In this document: positions 17,405 through 28,539 of the stretch, one piece after another
Numbering within the stretch: the stretch's first letter is position 1
Layout of the letters: every line of letters begins with the position of its first letter
IMG/VR virus record: IMGVR_UViG_2974543039_000001
Coordinates: 34,135-98,134 of that record
Source of the DNA: a virus
Reading direction: 5' to 3' (one strand)
DNA length: 64,000 nucleotides
Program-made: the position numbers and the translations under genes
The notes under the pieces: model-generated
The model's input: only the letters and a program-made list of their open reading frames with translations
The model's database searches: none
Told to the model about the DNA's origin: nothing

Positions 17405-19564
17405 ATCACGACCATTTTAAAGCGGTACCCCACTTTTGAAATCGAGATTGAAACTGAAAAAACATCATATCAGCTAACATATGATACTGCTAAGCAGTTA
17501 ACACTGAAAAGTTTTGAGGAAGCAATTATCTCATTTAGTGTTAAAAATGCTATGGCAGACGACAGCCCCGTATTCTCCCTTGTTATTACAGCAAAGGAGA
17601 AATGGGATAAACTACTTAATGCAAACAACCGAATTAGTATTAAAACAATCCCGGACGTAACAAAAGGACGACCAGATAACCCTTACATCATGGTAGGGCT
17701 TCTATCAGAAATTCGTAAAGAAGGGGAGTTTGCTGATGGGACATTACTCTACAGGATCACAGGAAGAGCCATGACGAAAGCACTCATTGATTTTAACGTA
17801 GGGGTGATCCAAGAAGTTGCGACCATTATTCCAAGTATAGGTTGGTTACCTGACGGAGGAAATAAAGGGCTACAATTCTCTGGTAACACCGCAGCAGGTA
17901 TTGGGAACGAGTTAATGGAGAGGTTCGTATACAAGCACGCCAAGTATGAATTCTCTAGTGGTAAAACGCTGAAGGACTATTTAACTCACGGGTTCACGAG
18001 TTGGGAGAAGGATGAGTCTCTGGCGGATGTTACCCCTTTTATTAACTACGAGGGAAGCCTCAGACAGTTCTTAGAAGACATCTCAGCTAAACCATTCAAT
18101 GAACTATTCTTTGAGTACACAAAGGATGGAAAATGCAAGGCAATAATGCGACCTACTCCGTTTGATCCGGATAAGTGGTATCAGCTACCTACATATCGTT
18201 TCACTTCCGATGTTGTAGTTGAAGAGTCCTTCGGTAAGTCAGATGCAGAAATGTACTCTGTATACGTAGTTCAAGCTCCTAACGTGATGGAGTTTAACAG
18301 TATGGACTTGGGAGTCTATCCAAAGTTCCATAAAGAGCTCATTAACAAGTATGGTTATAAAAGGCTAGATGCAGAAAATAGATACCTCCTTTCCAGCACA
18401 ATTGCAAATGCTACACAAGACGGTACTGCTGGAGGAGATAACTCCGTTCCTCTGCCAGAGTATAAGGACCTTCTTACATTCATCACCCAAAATAATTTCC
18501 AAGACCCAGAGATACTACGAACACAAAAAAGTACAGTATACTCTGAACTTATCTCCCAGTTCCCTTCAATTTCAGACACGTTGGCTAATAATATTATTGA
18601 CAGCTTAAAAGCAGGAGACTTCACTCAAGAAGAGTATAACAATATGAAGACATCTACAGGAGATAAGGAAAAGGATAAAGAAATTAACAAAGAAAAGGGA
18701 GTGGCTAGTAAGAAGTTAGAGAAGTATACCCAGCGTCTCTTTAACTGGTATTGCGAGAATGCCAACTTCTATAGTGGTGATATTCGGTTACTAGGCGACC
18801 CGTTATATCGTTTAGGTTCTAGGCTATTCTATGAAGACTTTGAGCAGCAGACAACGTGGGAATTCTATGTTGAGTCAGTGCAGCATGAGTTTAGTTTTAC
18901 CAACGGATACACGACTATTTTAGGAGTTACCCGAGGTCTTCCGGACGCAGGAGCCAAAAGGTTTAATAACCTATGGGGAAAATCAGAGGACTTTAAGGGT
19001 GGCTACCTAGGAGAGATGTCCCTTCAAGACCTGCTAAAAGAAGCGAAGAAAGCTCAAAATACTACCGATGAAGACGCAGGAGGAGATAGTGACTGGGGAG
19101 ATGGCTCTGGTGGCGGGGGCGCACTAGGTGCTCTTAATACGGCAAAAGCCATGGGAGAACGTAAGTCTGTTTATGACTTCGGCGGAGGACGTTCTGGTAA
19201 AAACCCATTCCTATCTAGTCCTATTAGAGCGGACTGCTCGTCCTTTGTGTGGTGGTGCTTCTACGTAAACGGAGTAACACTTAATGGAGGAAAAACAGGA
19301 ATGTCCACAGATACAATTAAAGTGGATAAGCAGCTGAAAACGATCAGCTCAAGAGGCTCTTCTAAGAGTGTGGCTAAGAGTAAGATTAAACAAGGGGACA
19401 TCGTATACTTCGACACATATAAAGCTGACGGGCACGTAGGTATCTATCTTGGGGCAGGTAAATTCATAGGCTGTCAAGATGGTACTGGAATTGCTGCAGC
19501 GAATATGAACAGCGGGTACTGGTGGCAGAAGTTTAACGGTAGAGTGCTCCGATATGAAGGATAA
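17405..19564 (+). CDS. Baseplate hub/tail lysin with C-terminal NlpC/P60 peptidase (probable ATC start; ORF-track start 17552)
   Basis: DCSSFVWW...GHVGIYLG catalytic Cys/His; frame stays open upstream to TGA 17399; GAGG lies 9 nt before ATC 17405. Confidence 0.85.
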   Translation: MTTILKRYPTFEIEIETEKTSYQLTYDTAKQLTLKSFEEAIISFSVKNAMADDSPVFSLVITAKEKWDKLLNANNRISIKTIPDVTKGRPDNPYIMVGLLSEIRKEGEFADGTLLYRITGRAMTKALIDFNVGVIQEVATIIPSIGWLPDGGNKGLQFSGNTAAGIGNELMERFVYKHAKYEFSSGKTLKDYLTHGFTSWEKDESLADVTPFINYEGSLRQFLEDISAKPFNELFFEYTKDGKCKAIMRPTPFDPDKWYQLPTYRFTSDVVVEESFGKSDAEMYSVYVVQAPNVMEFNSMDLGVYPKFHKELINKYGYKRLDAENRYLLSSTIANATQDGTAGGDNSVPLPEYKDLLTFITQNNFQDPEILRTQKSTVYSELISQFPSISDTLANNIIDSLKAGDFTQEEYNNMKTSTGDKEKDKEINKEKGVASKKLEKYTQRLFNWYCENANFYSGDIRLLGDPLYRLGSRLFYEDFEQQTTWEFYVESVQHEFSFTNGYTTILGVTRGLPDAGAKRFNNLWGKSEDFKGGYLGEMSLQDLLKEAKKAQNTTDEDAGGDSDWGDGSGGGGALGALNTAKAMGERKSVYDFGGGRSGKNPFLSSPIRADCSSFVWWCFYVNGVTLNGGKTGMSTDTIKVDKQLKTISSRGSSKSVAKSKIKQGDIVYFDTYKADGHVGIYLGAGKFIGCQDGTGIAAANMNSGYWWQKFNGRVLRYEG

Positions 19565-19583
19565 TAAAGGGTAGGTGATAGAA

Positions 19584-21653
19584 ATGGACGAAAATCAGTT
19601 TAGCCCGTTTTCCACTCCACTGTCCCCGATTAGGCTACAAGCCCAGTTAGGGAAAGAAACAAAACGGATGATTCAAGAGGGGAAAAATATTGTAAGGTTA
19701 TCCTTAGCCCGGGTTGTTAAAGTTAACTATAAATATAATACAGTTGATGTAATCACGACTTTAAACAACAACTCCACAGTCAAAAACCCTAACGACAACG
19801 GAAGGTTTTCTGCCCGGCTCCCGGTGTCCTTTGGGGGTAAGACTCCGGATGGCAATATCTATGGAGCTAATACACTAGTTACTGTAGGGTCACTAGTTCT
19901 TATTGGTTACATGGAGGGGAATAAGGATTATCCAATCGTTTTGAATATCTACGGAGATGCGGATAATCAATCACAGTTAACCCGGACGTCGTTTACTAGT
20001 GCCGATGAGTCTGATGAAGCACTACAGCGAGAATTATGGCAACTATTTACTCTATACCCTTCGATGACCTATAAGAATGTTGACGGTAACGGAAACCAAG
20101 AGGTTACATTCTCAGGGAAGTCTTTTCTGTATGTAACAGACACGGATCAAGACAATGCGTATGTACAGGATGCCGGGTTTAACTATGAAGACCTCCCTAG
20201 TTCCCGCTATGCTAACGGAGAGTTAATTGAGCCGAAGTCTCCTTACTCTCCTACTTTATTATACGTCCACCAAGGTATCTATGACAAGCATAGAGTAACG
20301 TTCTTCATCAAGTCAGATGGTACCGTACGGCTGGGGAGTAAGCATACTTCAGGAGAAGGGGTTACTTTTTTTGAGATGACTACTGACGGAGGTTTCCAAG
20401 TAGTTCAACAAAAAGGAACTGCTAACCCTGAAGAGACGCCAGAGAAGTTTTCTAAAGTAGGCATCCTCGAAGATGGTACAGTAGTAATGAAGTCACAGAA
20501 GCACGTCATGGAGGTAAACAATGATGGCGTCTACATTGATGGAAAAGCTATTTCTGCCTTCGTAGGTGGAGGAAGTGTCCCGGACGGTAATGGTGGGACT
20601 ATAACTTTAGAAGATGTAGTCGACAGCTTAAAAGATGTTAAGACAACCATTACAATACAGAATGGAAAAATAGAATCTAAGGTTGGAAGGACAGAGTATA
20701 AAATTGACTTAGATGCAGTCAAGGACTACTCTAAAGAGCTTTTTGATGGGGTAAGTGCAGAGGTAGATGACATTAATAAAAGTCTCGAAAACCTTGACGA
20801 CCTTTTAGACGAGTCATTTAAAGACGGAATTATAGAAGAGTCAGAGGCTCGTTCTATCGGAATGTACATAAATAACTTGAATACTCAAAAGTCTGAACTA
20901 GATGCGAAGTATAATCAGATTTATACCAACAAATATTTAACCGGAGACCCTAAGACTAATCTCGATAACGCAAAAAAAGACTTTGATTTAAAGCACCAAG
21001 CTCTTATAGATGTCATCCAAGGTGCCATTGTTGACGGTAAAATCACTACTGAAGACCGAGAGGCAATCAACAACGCTTTTGATGCGTACCACAAGTGCGT
21101 ATCTACCCTTTCCTCGGCTTTTGAAGCTGCAACGGATGCAATTGCACTGGCTATGGCTAAAGAGGCAGAGGACAACGCTAAAGACTTTGTAAACGGTGAG
21201 ATAAAAAAAGTAAATTCAACAATCACTCAACTAGCAGATTCAATCAGCAGTAAAGTTGAATCGGAGACGTTTACAGAAACGATAAAAAATGTGAACTCTC
21301 GAATCGCCGAAACAGAGGAAAGTGTTTCAGACACGAATAAACGAGTAGAGGAAGTTGAAAAGAAGCTACCGTATGCCTGTCAGATAATAAGTACCGACGG
21401 AGTAGCTTTTCAAGGAGGAACCTATTCGACTACTCTTTTTGCCAAAATTACAAAAGGAGATCAGGATATCACATCTTCTATTGATGCCAAGATACTTAGA
21501 TGGACTAGGATATCGAACGATGCGGCAGCTGATGAGGAATGGAATAAAACACACGGAATCGGAGTTAAGTCAATAACAGTCACTAATGCGGATGTTAGAG
21601 CACGAGCTACTTTCCAATGTACCTTTGACACCGATGATCTAGGAGGAGGATAA
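19584..21653 (+). CDS. Central tail spike/tail protein (OB-fold-like N-terminus, coiled coil, Ig-like end)
   Basis: LARVVKVNYKYNTVDV N-terminus; follows the tail lysin; ATG 19584 after AGGTGA. Confidence 0.6.
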   Translation: MDENQFSPFSTPLSPIRLQAQLGKETKRMIQEGKNIVRLSLARVVKVNYKYNTVDVITTLNNNSTVKNPNDNGRFSARLPVSFGGKTPDGNIYGANTLVTVGSLVLIGYMEGNKDYPIVLNIYGDADNQSQLTRTSFTSADESDEALQRELWQLFTLYPSMTYKNVDGNGNQEVTFSGKSFLYVTDTDQDNAYVQDAGFNYEDLPSSRYANGELIEPKSPYSPTLLYVHQGIYDKHRVTFFIKSDGTVRLGSKHTSGEGVTFFEMTTDGGFQVVQQKGTANPEETPEKFSKVGILEDGTVVMKSQKHVMEVNNDGVYIDGKAISAFVGGGSVPDGNGGTITLEDVVDSLKDVKTTITIQNGKIESKVGRTEYKIDLDAVKDYSKELFDGVSAEVDDINKSLENLDDLLDESFKDGIIEESEARSIGMYINNLNTQKSELDAKYNQIYTNKYLTGDPKTNLDNAKKDFDLKHQALIDVIQGAIVDGKITTEDREAINNAFDAYHKCVSTLSSAFEAATDAIALAMAKEAEDNAKDFVNGEIKKVNSTITQLADSISSKVESETFTETIKNVNSRIAETEESVSDTNKRVEEVEKKLPYACQIISTDGVAFQGGTYSTTLFAKITKGDQDITSSIDAKILRWTRISNDAAADEEWNKTHGIGVKSITVTNADVRARATFQCTFDTDDLGGG

Positions 21654-21656
21654 ACT

Positions 21657-24600
21657 ATGGCAGTTATTACAGGTCAAATATCATTAATTGACTACGGAGA
21701 TGCTCTAACTTTAACAGGGTTTATTACAGCAAATAGCCCTAGGATACAGCAGTATAGCCCGGCGGATGAGAAGTTCACCCCTGACTGGACCAAAACGCCT
21801 TTAATTTTAACAGCATCATTATTTAAAATGGGGGACTCTAATGACATAATCCGTGACCCAGAGGTACAGAGTATAAACTGGTACGATGCGTCCAACGCAG
21901 GGACCCCGCTAAAAACAGGCGGACCATACTCTGTTAACAATGAAACCCTCACGATCAAGGATAATATTCTGTCAGATAAGCCAGCTATAGATTTTATCTG
22001 TGAGGTTGTATATAGAGACACGGATTCAATGATGGATATCCCTCACAAGATGAGTATTTCTTTTAGTCGGGTGTCTGACGGCAGTAGTGTAGCATCCGCT
22101 TCGGCATGGCTACCCAACGGAAATATTTTTAAAAATGATCGGATTCCAACTCTAATAGCCGAGTGTGATTTATGGAGATCAGGGAAGATGGACAATACGA
22201 ACGTTTCTTTCCAGTGGTACAACCAAGACCCTACTGTAACTGAGGATCAGGGAGGAGGAGCTGGGTGGCGGAAACTGACTGATAGCTCTAATAGTGGGGA
22301 AACCGGGTATACAACACGGCAGCTTACAGTACCTTCCAGCGCAGTTCCGAGCTTCGAGGTGTATAAGTGTGTCATTACAGATACTGATAGCAGCAGCCCT
22401 ACATACAATCAGACTTACCAAGATACAGTCACATTTTTGGACCAGTCTGATCCTGTGCAAGTTTCTATTACCTCTACAGGCGGAGATGTTTTTAAAAATG
22501 GAGTAGGCTCAACTACCTTGTCTGCTCAAGTCTACCAAGGCGGGCAAGAGATAGATAAAGAGGGGGAGAAGTACCAGTATAAGTGGTACAAGTATAACAA
22601 AGAAGGAGTACTTGATCCAGACTTTGGAGGCTCTAAAACATACAAAGAGGGCAAGAGCTTAAAGGTCACAAGTGATGATGTTGACGTAAAAGCTACTTTC
22701 CTATGTGGAATTGATGGCGCAGTCGCTCAGTTCACTATATACGACATCACAGATACTGTTGTAAGCCCAACAGAACCAGCTAACCCAGTAGAAGGCATGA
22801 TCTGGCTAAAGAACTCGGGAGAGCCACCATACCGTTTTTATATCTACAAAGACGGGGGTTGGCAGACAACAGATTTTGACAGCTTAGAATCATTAGACCC
22901 GGATTCTTATAATCGAGTGAAAGACGCATACAATGCGATTACTGACCTAGATATGGATAATAAAATCACTCGGTATGAGCGTAGTGTTATTCGAGGGGAG
23001 CTAGCTAATATCCTAGGAGTATATCTTAGTGATACAGATAACATGCCAACCATTGACACAGTAGATGCAAGTGGAGCCGGAGACCTGTACTCTATCAGGA
23101 AACAAGCTAGGGATGTCGGTGTTCCAACAAATGATGCCAAGTATGTACAAATAGGAGCAGCTTATACAGACCTAAAAGACTATCTTACAAGTTTACCAAT
23201 TAAACCATGGGATGTAGGTTCTCTAGGGGTTATTGAAGTAGATAGTGATGAATGGGACTCTGCTTGGAAAAACTATTACTTAGCCTATAACTTCTTAAGT
23301 ATAACGGTAACGAATAGACAGAAGGAGTACACTGACATCGTCGGGGATGGAGCTAAGAAAGATGCTATTGCTGCAGTTAGTAACGCAGACCAATATCAAG
23401 AAGCCCTTATAAAAAATCCTATGACTATTACTGCTCCTATTGCGAGTTTAGGTCTTCCGATTTTCGAGGGTAGGCATGTCGATAGTTGGTCGTTGAACCC
23501 AGATGCCAAGGATAACTGGGCACTTAACGGTAACCGCATCCAGCCAATAACAAACCCAATCGTGAGTTCAGTAGGCTCACTTACCATCTACGGGCAATTT
23601 TATGGAGATGGTACCAACAATGATCAGTTCACATGGGACAGGGATGGTAAGGCAGTAAAGATCAAGAGATGGGCAGACATCTCTTTAGACGGAGATTTCC
23701 AATGGCAGCTAGGGGAAGATTATACGGGTGCAAAACAAGTACTCATACCCAACTTCATCGATCAGATACCTGCGGCAATGACCGCTCAAGCAGTTAAGCA
23801 TGATGGGACATTCCTTACAACAATCGATAGCGATATGGCAACTGCGGATCAGGTTATATTAGGAGAGGACCGGGTTCTTTATATCTCAGTTGCGGATATC
23901 GAAAGTGGGTGGGGTGAAGATTACGCACCAGAGCCAAAGGAGATAGCTGCCTATTTTAATGGGTGGAGAATGTGTAATGGTACCTTCGGAACTCCGTATA
24001 ACGGTGTGGGCAACAAAGTGTGGTATCCGATTGGGGATAAGGACTTATCTCGATCTACCATTGTTTCTGGCGGTAACGTTTTTAATCCGGTACCCGAGGA
24101 TAGAGCACCTACACTAGAGGAGCAAACAATCAATAAATATCAGCTAGTGTATCGGAACTCTGACGCAGTAAGGCAAACAGTTGACTTTGATGGTATTATG
24201 TCGCTGTTGCAGGGGGATAACCAAGTTTCATTCGGCTACCCATTGAACACGCCTTTTATCCTATCTGGAGTAATAAAGTATGCTACAAACGTAGCTACTG
24301 TAACCGATAACCTCAAATATTGGATTCCTGCGGTACAAGAAAGACTCTCTAAAGCTGAGCAGGTTATCACAGAGGACTCCATCACAAACATTGTTACCAA
24401 CTCGGTGCAGTATAGAACAGCTCTAGCATCTAAGGCAGATACAGAAGCTCTAGGTGACTACGCCACAACAGGAGACCTGACAGATTTATCTGGCGATATC
24501 AATGGTCGTATTGCAAACGCTATTGATGCAATTGACTTTGAGCCTTACGCTACAAAATCTGAGCTTAAGCAAACTGCAACAGATATTACTGCAAAATTCC

Positions 24601-25382
24601 AAGCAACAGGCGGAATGAACCTTATTAAAAACTCCATTGGCTTTGCAGGGCTAAGCTTTTGGACAGGATTTACAGACACCCCGGTCGAGACATTAAGTAC
24701 TAATGAACTCGACATGCTAGGCTTTGGGAGTGGGTTCTTGTTTAATCCGGATGGCAATAACAAAGGAATTATTCAGGAAGTAGGAGTTACCCCGGGACAG
24801 CCTTATACACTATCATGGTATTTGAACAAACGTACAAGTGGACCGGACAGCTCATACCGATTCTGGATTCAGATTGAGGAAGATGATGTAGTTGTCAAGC
24901 AGATCAAGGACAATAGTGCTACTACTACAAACGGGTATGAATCTAGTTACATGACCTATATCCCTCAGTCGGATAGTATAAAGGTTAAATTTATTGGGTA
25001 TGGAAATGTCGATGCAACCCTTACTGGGATTATGCTCAATATTTCAGACATACCTTTATCTTGGTCTCTTGCTACCGGAGAGGTTTATAACACGAATATC
25101 CGCCTCGATATAAACGGTATCCGTGTTTCTCAGCTAGACGAAAACAGGAGGGAAATTGGGTTTACTCAGATTACTCCGGAGGAATTTGCCGGGTACCACG
25201 ATTCTGATGGTAACGGTTCCTTTGAGAAGATATTCTTTTTAAACGGAGACGAAACAGTAACTAAAAAACTACGTGCAGAAGAGGAGATCACTACAAAATT
25301 CATAAAGATGATAAATGTAGACTCTCCTACTCGAAAAGGGCTGGCATTTATCCCTAATGTAGATATAGTGGACGTGGACTAA
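21657..25382 (+). CDS. Large tail fibre/minor tail protein with Ig-like and carbohydrate-binding-like domains
   Basis: 1241 aa, beta-rich; GGMNLIKNS..F and YTLSWY motifs near the C-terminus. Confidence 0.65.
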   Translation: MAVITGQISLIDYGDALTLTGFITANSPRIQQYSPADEKFTPDWTKTPLILTASLFKMGDSNDIIRDPEVQSINWYDASNAGTPLKTGGPYSVNNETLTIKDNILSDKPAIDFICEVVYRDTDSMMDIPHKMSISFSRVSDGSSVASASAWLPNGNIFKNDRIPTLIAECDLWRSGKMDNTNVSFQWYNQDPTVTEDQGGGAGWRKLTDSSNSGETGYTTRQLTVPSSAVPSFEVYKCVITDTDSSSPTYNQTYQDTVTFLDQSDPVQVSITSTGGDVFKNGVGSTTLSAQVYQGGQEIDKEGEKYQYKWYKYNKEGVLDPDFGGSKTYKEGKSLKVTSDDVDVKATFLCGIDGAVAQFTIYDITDTVVSPTEPANPVEGMIWLKNSGEPPYRFYIYKDGGWQTTDFDSLESLDPDSYNRVKDAYNAITDLDMDNKITRYERSVIRGELANILGVYLSDTDNMPTIDTVDASGAGDLYSIRKQARDVGVPTNDAKYVQIGAAYTDLKDYLTSLPIKPWDVGSLGVIEVDSDEWDSAWKNYYLAYNFLSITVTNRQKEYTDIVGDGAKKDAIAAVSNADQYQEALIKNPMTITAPIASLGLPIFEGRHVDSWSLNPDAKDNWALNGNRIQPITNPIVSSVGSLTIYGQFYGDGTNNDQFTWDRDGKAVKIKRWADISLDGDFQWQLGEDYTGAKQVLIPNFIDQIPAAMTAQAVKHDGTFLTTIDSDMATADQVILGEDRVLYISVADIESGWGEDYAPEPKEIAAYFNGWRMCNGTFGTPYNGVGNKVWYPIGDKDLSRSTIVSGGNVFNPVPEDRAPTLEEQTINKYQLVYRNSDAVRQTVDFDGIMSLLQGDNQVSFGYPLNTPFILSGVIKYATNVATVTDNLKYWIPAVQERLSKAEQVITEDSITNIVTNSVQYRTALASKADTEALGDYATTGDLTDLSGDINGRIANAIDAIDFEPYATKSELKQTATDITAKFQATGGMNLIKNSIGFAGLSFWTGFTDTPVETLSTNELDMLGFGSGFLFNPDGNNKGIIQEVGVTPGQPYTLSWYLNKRTSGPDSSYRFWIQIEEDDVVVKQIKDNSATTTNGYESSYMTYIPQSDSIKVKFIGYGNVDATLTGIMLNISDIPLSWSLATGEVYNTNIRLDINGIRVSQLDENRREIGFTQITPEEFAGYHDSDGNGSFEKIFFLNGDETVTKKLRAEEEITTKFIKMINVDSPTRKGLAFIPNVDIVDVD

Positions 25383-25389
25383 CATAAGG

Positions 25390-25442
25390 GGTATTCGGTC
25401 TATCTATGGTATAGTATAAGTATATAGATCGAATACCTTTTT
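25390..25442 (+). terminator. Long terminator hairpin with an extended -10 (TGGTATAGT 25407-25415) in its loop
   Basis: GGTATTCGGTCTAT/ATAGATCGAATACC inverted repeat plus T5. Confidence 0.65.
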
Positions 25443-25463
25443 AATTTTAAAAGGAGGTAACTA

Positions 25464-28376
25464 ATGGCACTTTCTGGCTCATTACAAACAACAATACATT
25501 CCCATTGGACACTACGAATCGAGTGGTCAGCATCTCAGAACATCTCGGATAACACAAGTACAGTTACAGCTAAGCTTTATTGGATAGCAGATAGTTATGG
25601 TGCGATTAACTCTTCACAAACTAAAAGTGGGACAGTAGTTATTGATGGCTCTACATATTCATTTAGTGCTTCAGCAGCACTGAAGAATGGACAAAAAAAG
25701 CTGATCACTACCAAGTCAAAAACTATCAAGCACAACTCTGACGGAACTAAGTCCTTCTCGATATATGGAACTTTCGAGGTTAAATTAGACATTAGCGGCT
25801 ATGCTACTGAAGTTAAAATCCCTTCAAAGTCTTTTACACTTAACACAATTCCTAGAGAGTCTACGTTAACATCTGGGACAGACTTAACAGCAGGGGCTGA
25901 CCGTACCATCTCAATTTCAAGGGCATCTTCATCTTTCTCTCATAGAGTGTATGTAGATGTTAAGAACTCAAGTGGTGACTGGCACAACATAAAGGCAGTT
26001 GACTTTAGTACTTCCCAAACGTCAAAGTCTACGTCTTTCTCAGTGAGTGAGAATAAAGATATATTTAGTACTCTGGATCAGCGGTCATCTACAGACCTTC
26101 GTTGGAACTTACGTACATATGATGGTAACACAATAATCGGTACTACGGGATACTCGGGGAAGCTCTCCAGACCTAAGCTGAGCACCACAAAGTCTGTTAA
26201 TGGTGAGGCTGGAGATAGTAATAGTGTATACGTTGATCAGAAAATTAGTATTGACATTACTCGATCTAACAGTGACTTCGATCATAAGGTACAATTCTAC
26301 TGCGGTTCCTTTATGAAAGAATTCAATGGAGTAACGACAAGCTTAGACTGGACGCCATCGTCTAGTGAGCAAGACTCCCTATATAAGGAGTTGGGTACTG
26401 CAAGTAGTAAGGGAGGGTACATCCGGGTATACACTTATTACAACGGTGTGCGTATCGGCTATGACGATACAAATATTACTTTCTACGCAAGGTCAAGTGT
26501 AAATAAGCCAGTGTTCAAAGTAGACGGGGTTGTATACTCAGACAGTAACCCTGCTACACTAGAGATTACTGGAAATGACCAGTACATAATTCAAGGAAAA
26601 TCCACTCTCAAAGTTGAAATTCCTGTAGAGTCAAAAGCAGTTGCACAAAATGGAGCTACTATGAAGTCCTACTCTATTACCGTTAACGGTGATACAAAAA
26701 CAATAAACTACTCAGATAATTCCACAGTATCAGCTGACTTCAGCTCTATAAACTCGGATTCTAACGCAACGGTAACTATTAAAGCGATAGACAGTCGGGG
26801 TTTTAGTACAGCAGTTACTAAAATTATTACAGTGATCCCATATCATACCCCTTCAGCTACTACTGCAGCCCTTAGAGCTAATGGCTTCGAAGCTTCAACA
26901 ACGCTCTCCCTTCGTGGAAGCCTATCATCTCTAGCTATTAACGGAGTAAACAAAAACGTGTTAAAAACGGCAAGGTATAGGTATAAAAAAGCAGAAGACA
27001 GCGACTATGGCAGCTGGGTGGATTTTACTATAAGTGGGTTCCCAAGTTATGCCGCTACTAGTGTTTTATTAGACCTTGACGCATTATTAACATGGAATGT
27101 GCAAGTAGAAGTTTCAGATGCTCTATCGGTAACTACAAAAAATCTAACAGTAGCAGTTGGTAAACCAATACTATTCTTAGATGCAGAGAAGAAGTCTGTA
27201 GGTATTGGAGATTTTCCGACAGGAGAGTACGAATTAGCGATCAACGGTAGGGTCGTTTTTGGAGCCAACCAGTACGCCAGTCAAGGTCAAGGAGAAGGTA
27301 CTGCAGGGGGAGCTCTTTTCATGAACAATTCAGATATTACAGGGGCTAACGGCATCTACTTCAATGATGTTTCAGACAACAATGGGGAGGGGTTATTGTT
27401 CCCTAAAACTGGGGCTCCTGAAGCGTCCCCAGACAGGAGCAATTATGATACAATGTATATACGAGATGCCGTTCTGTATTTAAATGGCGGTAAAGGTAAC
27501 TTGGGTATAGGGAACACGTTAGACTTAAAAAGCAATAGCATCACCAATGTTAAGAATGTCACTATAGCTGGTCCCGACGCAGGATCAGGAATTGACCTCT
27601 CCGGAGGTAATGGATGGCGAATTGCGGAAGGAAAGAATGACCCTGATAGTAACATTACATATGGCGCAGGTCAGCTTCAATTTGTGCAAAATGGTCTCCG
27701 CAGAGCGGCTATATCCACTGGGGGTGGTTTCTACATTGGAGGTACCACCTTTAAAGGAGAAAGTGGGGGCTTGACCCACTATGCTAGTACAGGAGAAGCA
27801 AGACTAGTTAGTGATCTAGGCGGAGTTATTTTAGTAGGTATAGATGGTAAGGGACCTCGTGTAAACTCTACGACTATATACGAGAGGACGTACCCGTTCT
27901 CAAGCAATATGTACGTTACTTCTAACGGAAATATAGGACGAAGTACATCTGCAAGTAAGTACAAACTAAATATAAGCAGGGTGGATACTGATAAAATTGC
28001 CGGAAGGTTACTAAAGGTACATCCTAAATCTTGGTTCGACAAGCAGTCTATCGAGGCATACAGCCGTCTAAAGACAAAAGCATATTTTGAAAACATAGAT
28101 GAAGACGAGTTAGGTGGTTCTGTAGATGTTGACTTAGGAAAGAGAGGTTACGGTCTGATCGCAGAGGACTTGGTAGACGTAGGTCTCGATATGTTTGTAG
28201 AATTTGGAGAACCTGATGAAAATGGGAATAGGGAGGCAGAAGGAGTACAGTACGATCGAATTTGGATTCTTTTAATCCCTCTCCTCAACCAAGCTAAAGC
28301 AGAAATTGAGCACTTGCAGGAAGAAGTAGCACAACTGAAATCTAAAATTAAGGAGGGTGAGACTATTGCAACCTGA
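25464..28376 (+). CDS. Receptor-binding tail fibre with C-terminal intramolecular chaperone (peptidase S74-like)
   Basis: Ser/Thr-rich beta N-terminus; TSASKYKLNI...GLIAEDL...YDRIW..LIP plus terminal coiled coil. Confidence 0.78.
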   Translation: MALSGSLQTTIHSHWTLRIEWSASQNISDNTSTVTAKLYWIADSYGAINSSQTKSGTVVIDGSTYSFSASAALKNGQKKLITTKSKTIKHNSDGTKSFSIYGTFEVKLDISGYATEVKIPSKSFTLNTIPRESTLTSGTDLTAGADRTISISRASSSFSHRVYVDVKNSSGDWHNIKAVDFSTSQTSKSTSFSVSENKDIFSTLDQRSSTDLRWNLRTYDGNTIIGTTGYSGKLSRPKLSTTKSVNGEAGDSNSVYVDQKISIDITRSNSDFDHKVQFYCGSFMKEFNGVTTSLDWTPSSSEQDSLYKELGTASSKGGYIRVYTYYNGVRIGYDDTNITFYARSSVNKPVFKVDGVVYSDSNPATLEITGNDQYIIQGKSTLKVEIPVESKAVAQNGATMKSYSITVNGDTKTINYSDNSTVSADFSSINSDSNATVTIKAIDSRGFSTAVTKIITVIPYHTPSATTAALRANGFEASTTLSLRGSLSSLAINGVNKNVLKTARYRYKKAEDSDYGSWVDFTISGFPSYAATSVLLDLDALLTWNVQVEVSDALSVTTKNLTVAVGKPILFLDAEKKSVGIGDFPTGEYELAINGRVVFGANQYASQGQGEGTAGGALFMNNSDITGANGIYFNDVSDNNGEGLLFPKTGAPEASPDRSNYDTMYIRDAVLYLNGGKGNLGIGNTLDLKSNSITNVKNVTIAGPDAGSGIDLSGGNGWRIAEGKNDPDSNITYGAGQLQFVQNGLRRAAISTGGGFYIGGTTFKGESGGLTHYASTGEARLVSDLGGVILVGIDGKGPRVNSTTIYERTYPFSSNMYVTSNGNIGRSTSASKYKLNISRVDTDKIAGRLLKVHPKSWFDKQSIEAYSRLKTKAYFENIDEDELGGSVDVDLGKRGYGLIAEDLVDVGLDMFVEFGEPDENGNREAEGVQYDRIWILLIPLLNQAKAEIEHLQEEVAQLKSKIKEGETIAT

Positions 28377-28533
28377 GCAAGGGAAACCAATTGAACCGCA
28401 GTATGTTGTGAGCGAGTATCAGAGTAAGCTAAATGAGCTTATGAGAGAAAATATCTACTTGAAGTCTTATATTATACAATTAGAAAAGCAACTTGAGACC
28501 TATACAGCAAACAATACAGAGAAAGAAGGATGA
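28366..28533 (+). CDS. Small coiled-coil protein (55 aa, not in ORF track)
   Basis: TTG start after AAGGAGG; MQPEQGKPIEPQYVVSEYQSKLNELMRENIYLKSYIIQLEKQ... Confidence 0.7.
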   Translation: MQPEQGKPIEPQYVVSEYQSKLNELMRENIYLKSYIIQLEKQLETYTANNTEKEG

Positions 28534-28539
28534 TGTTTT

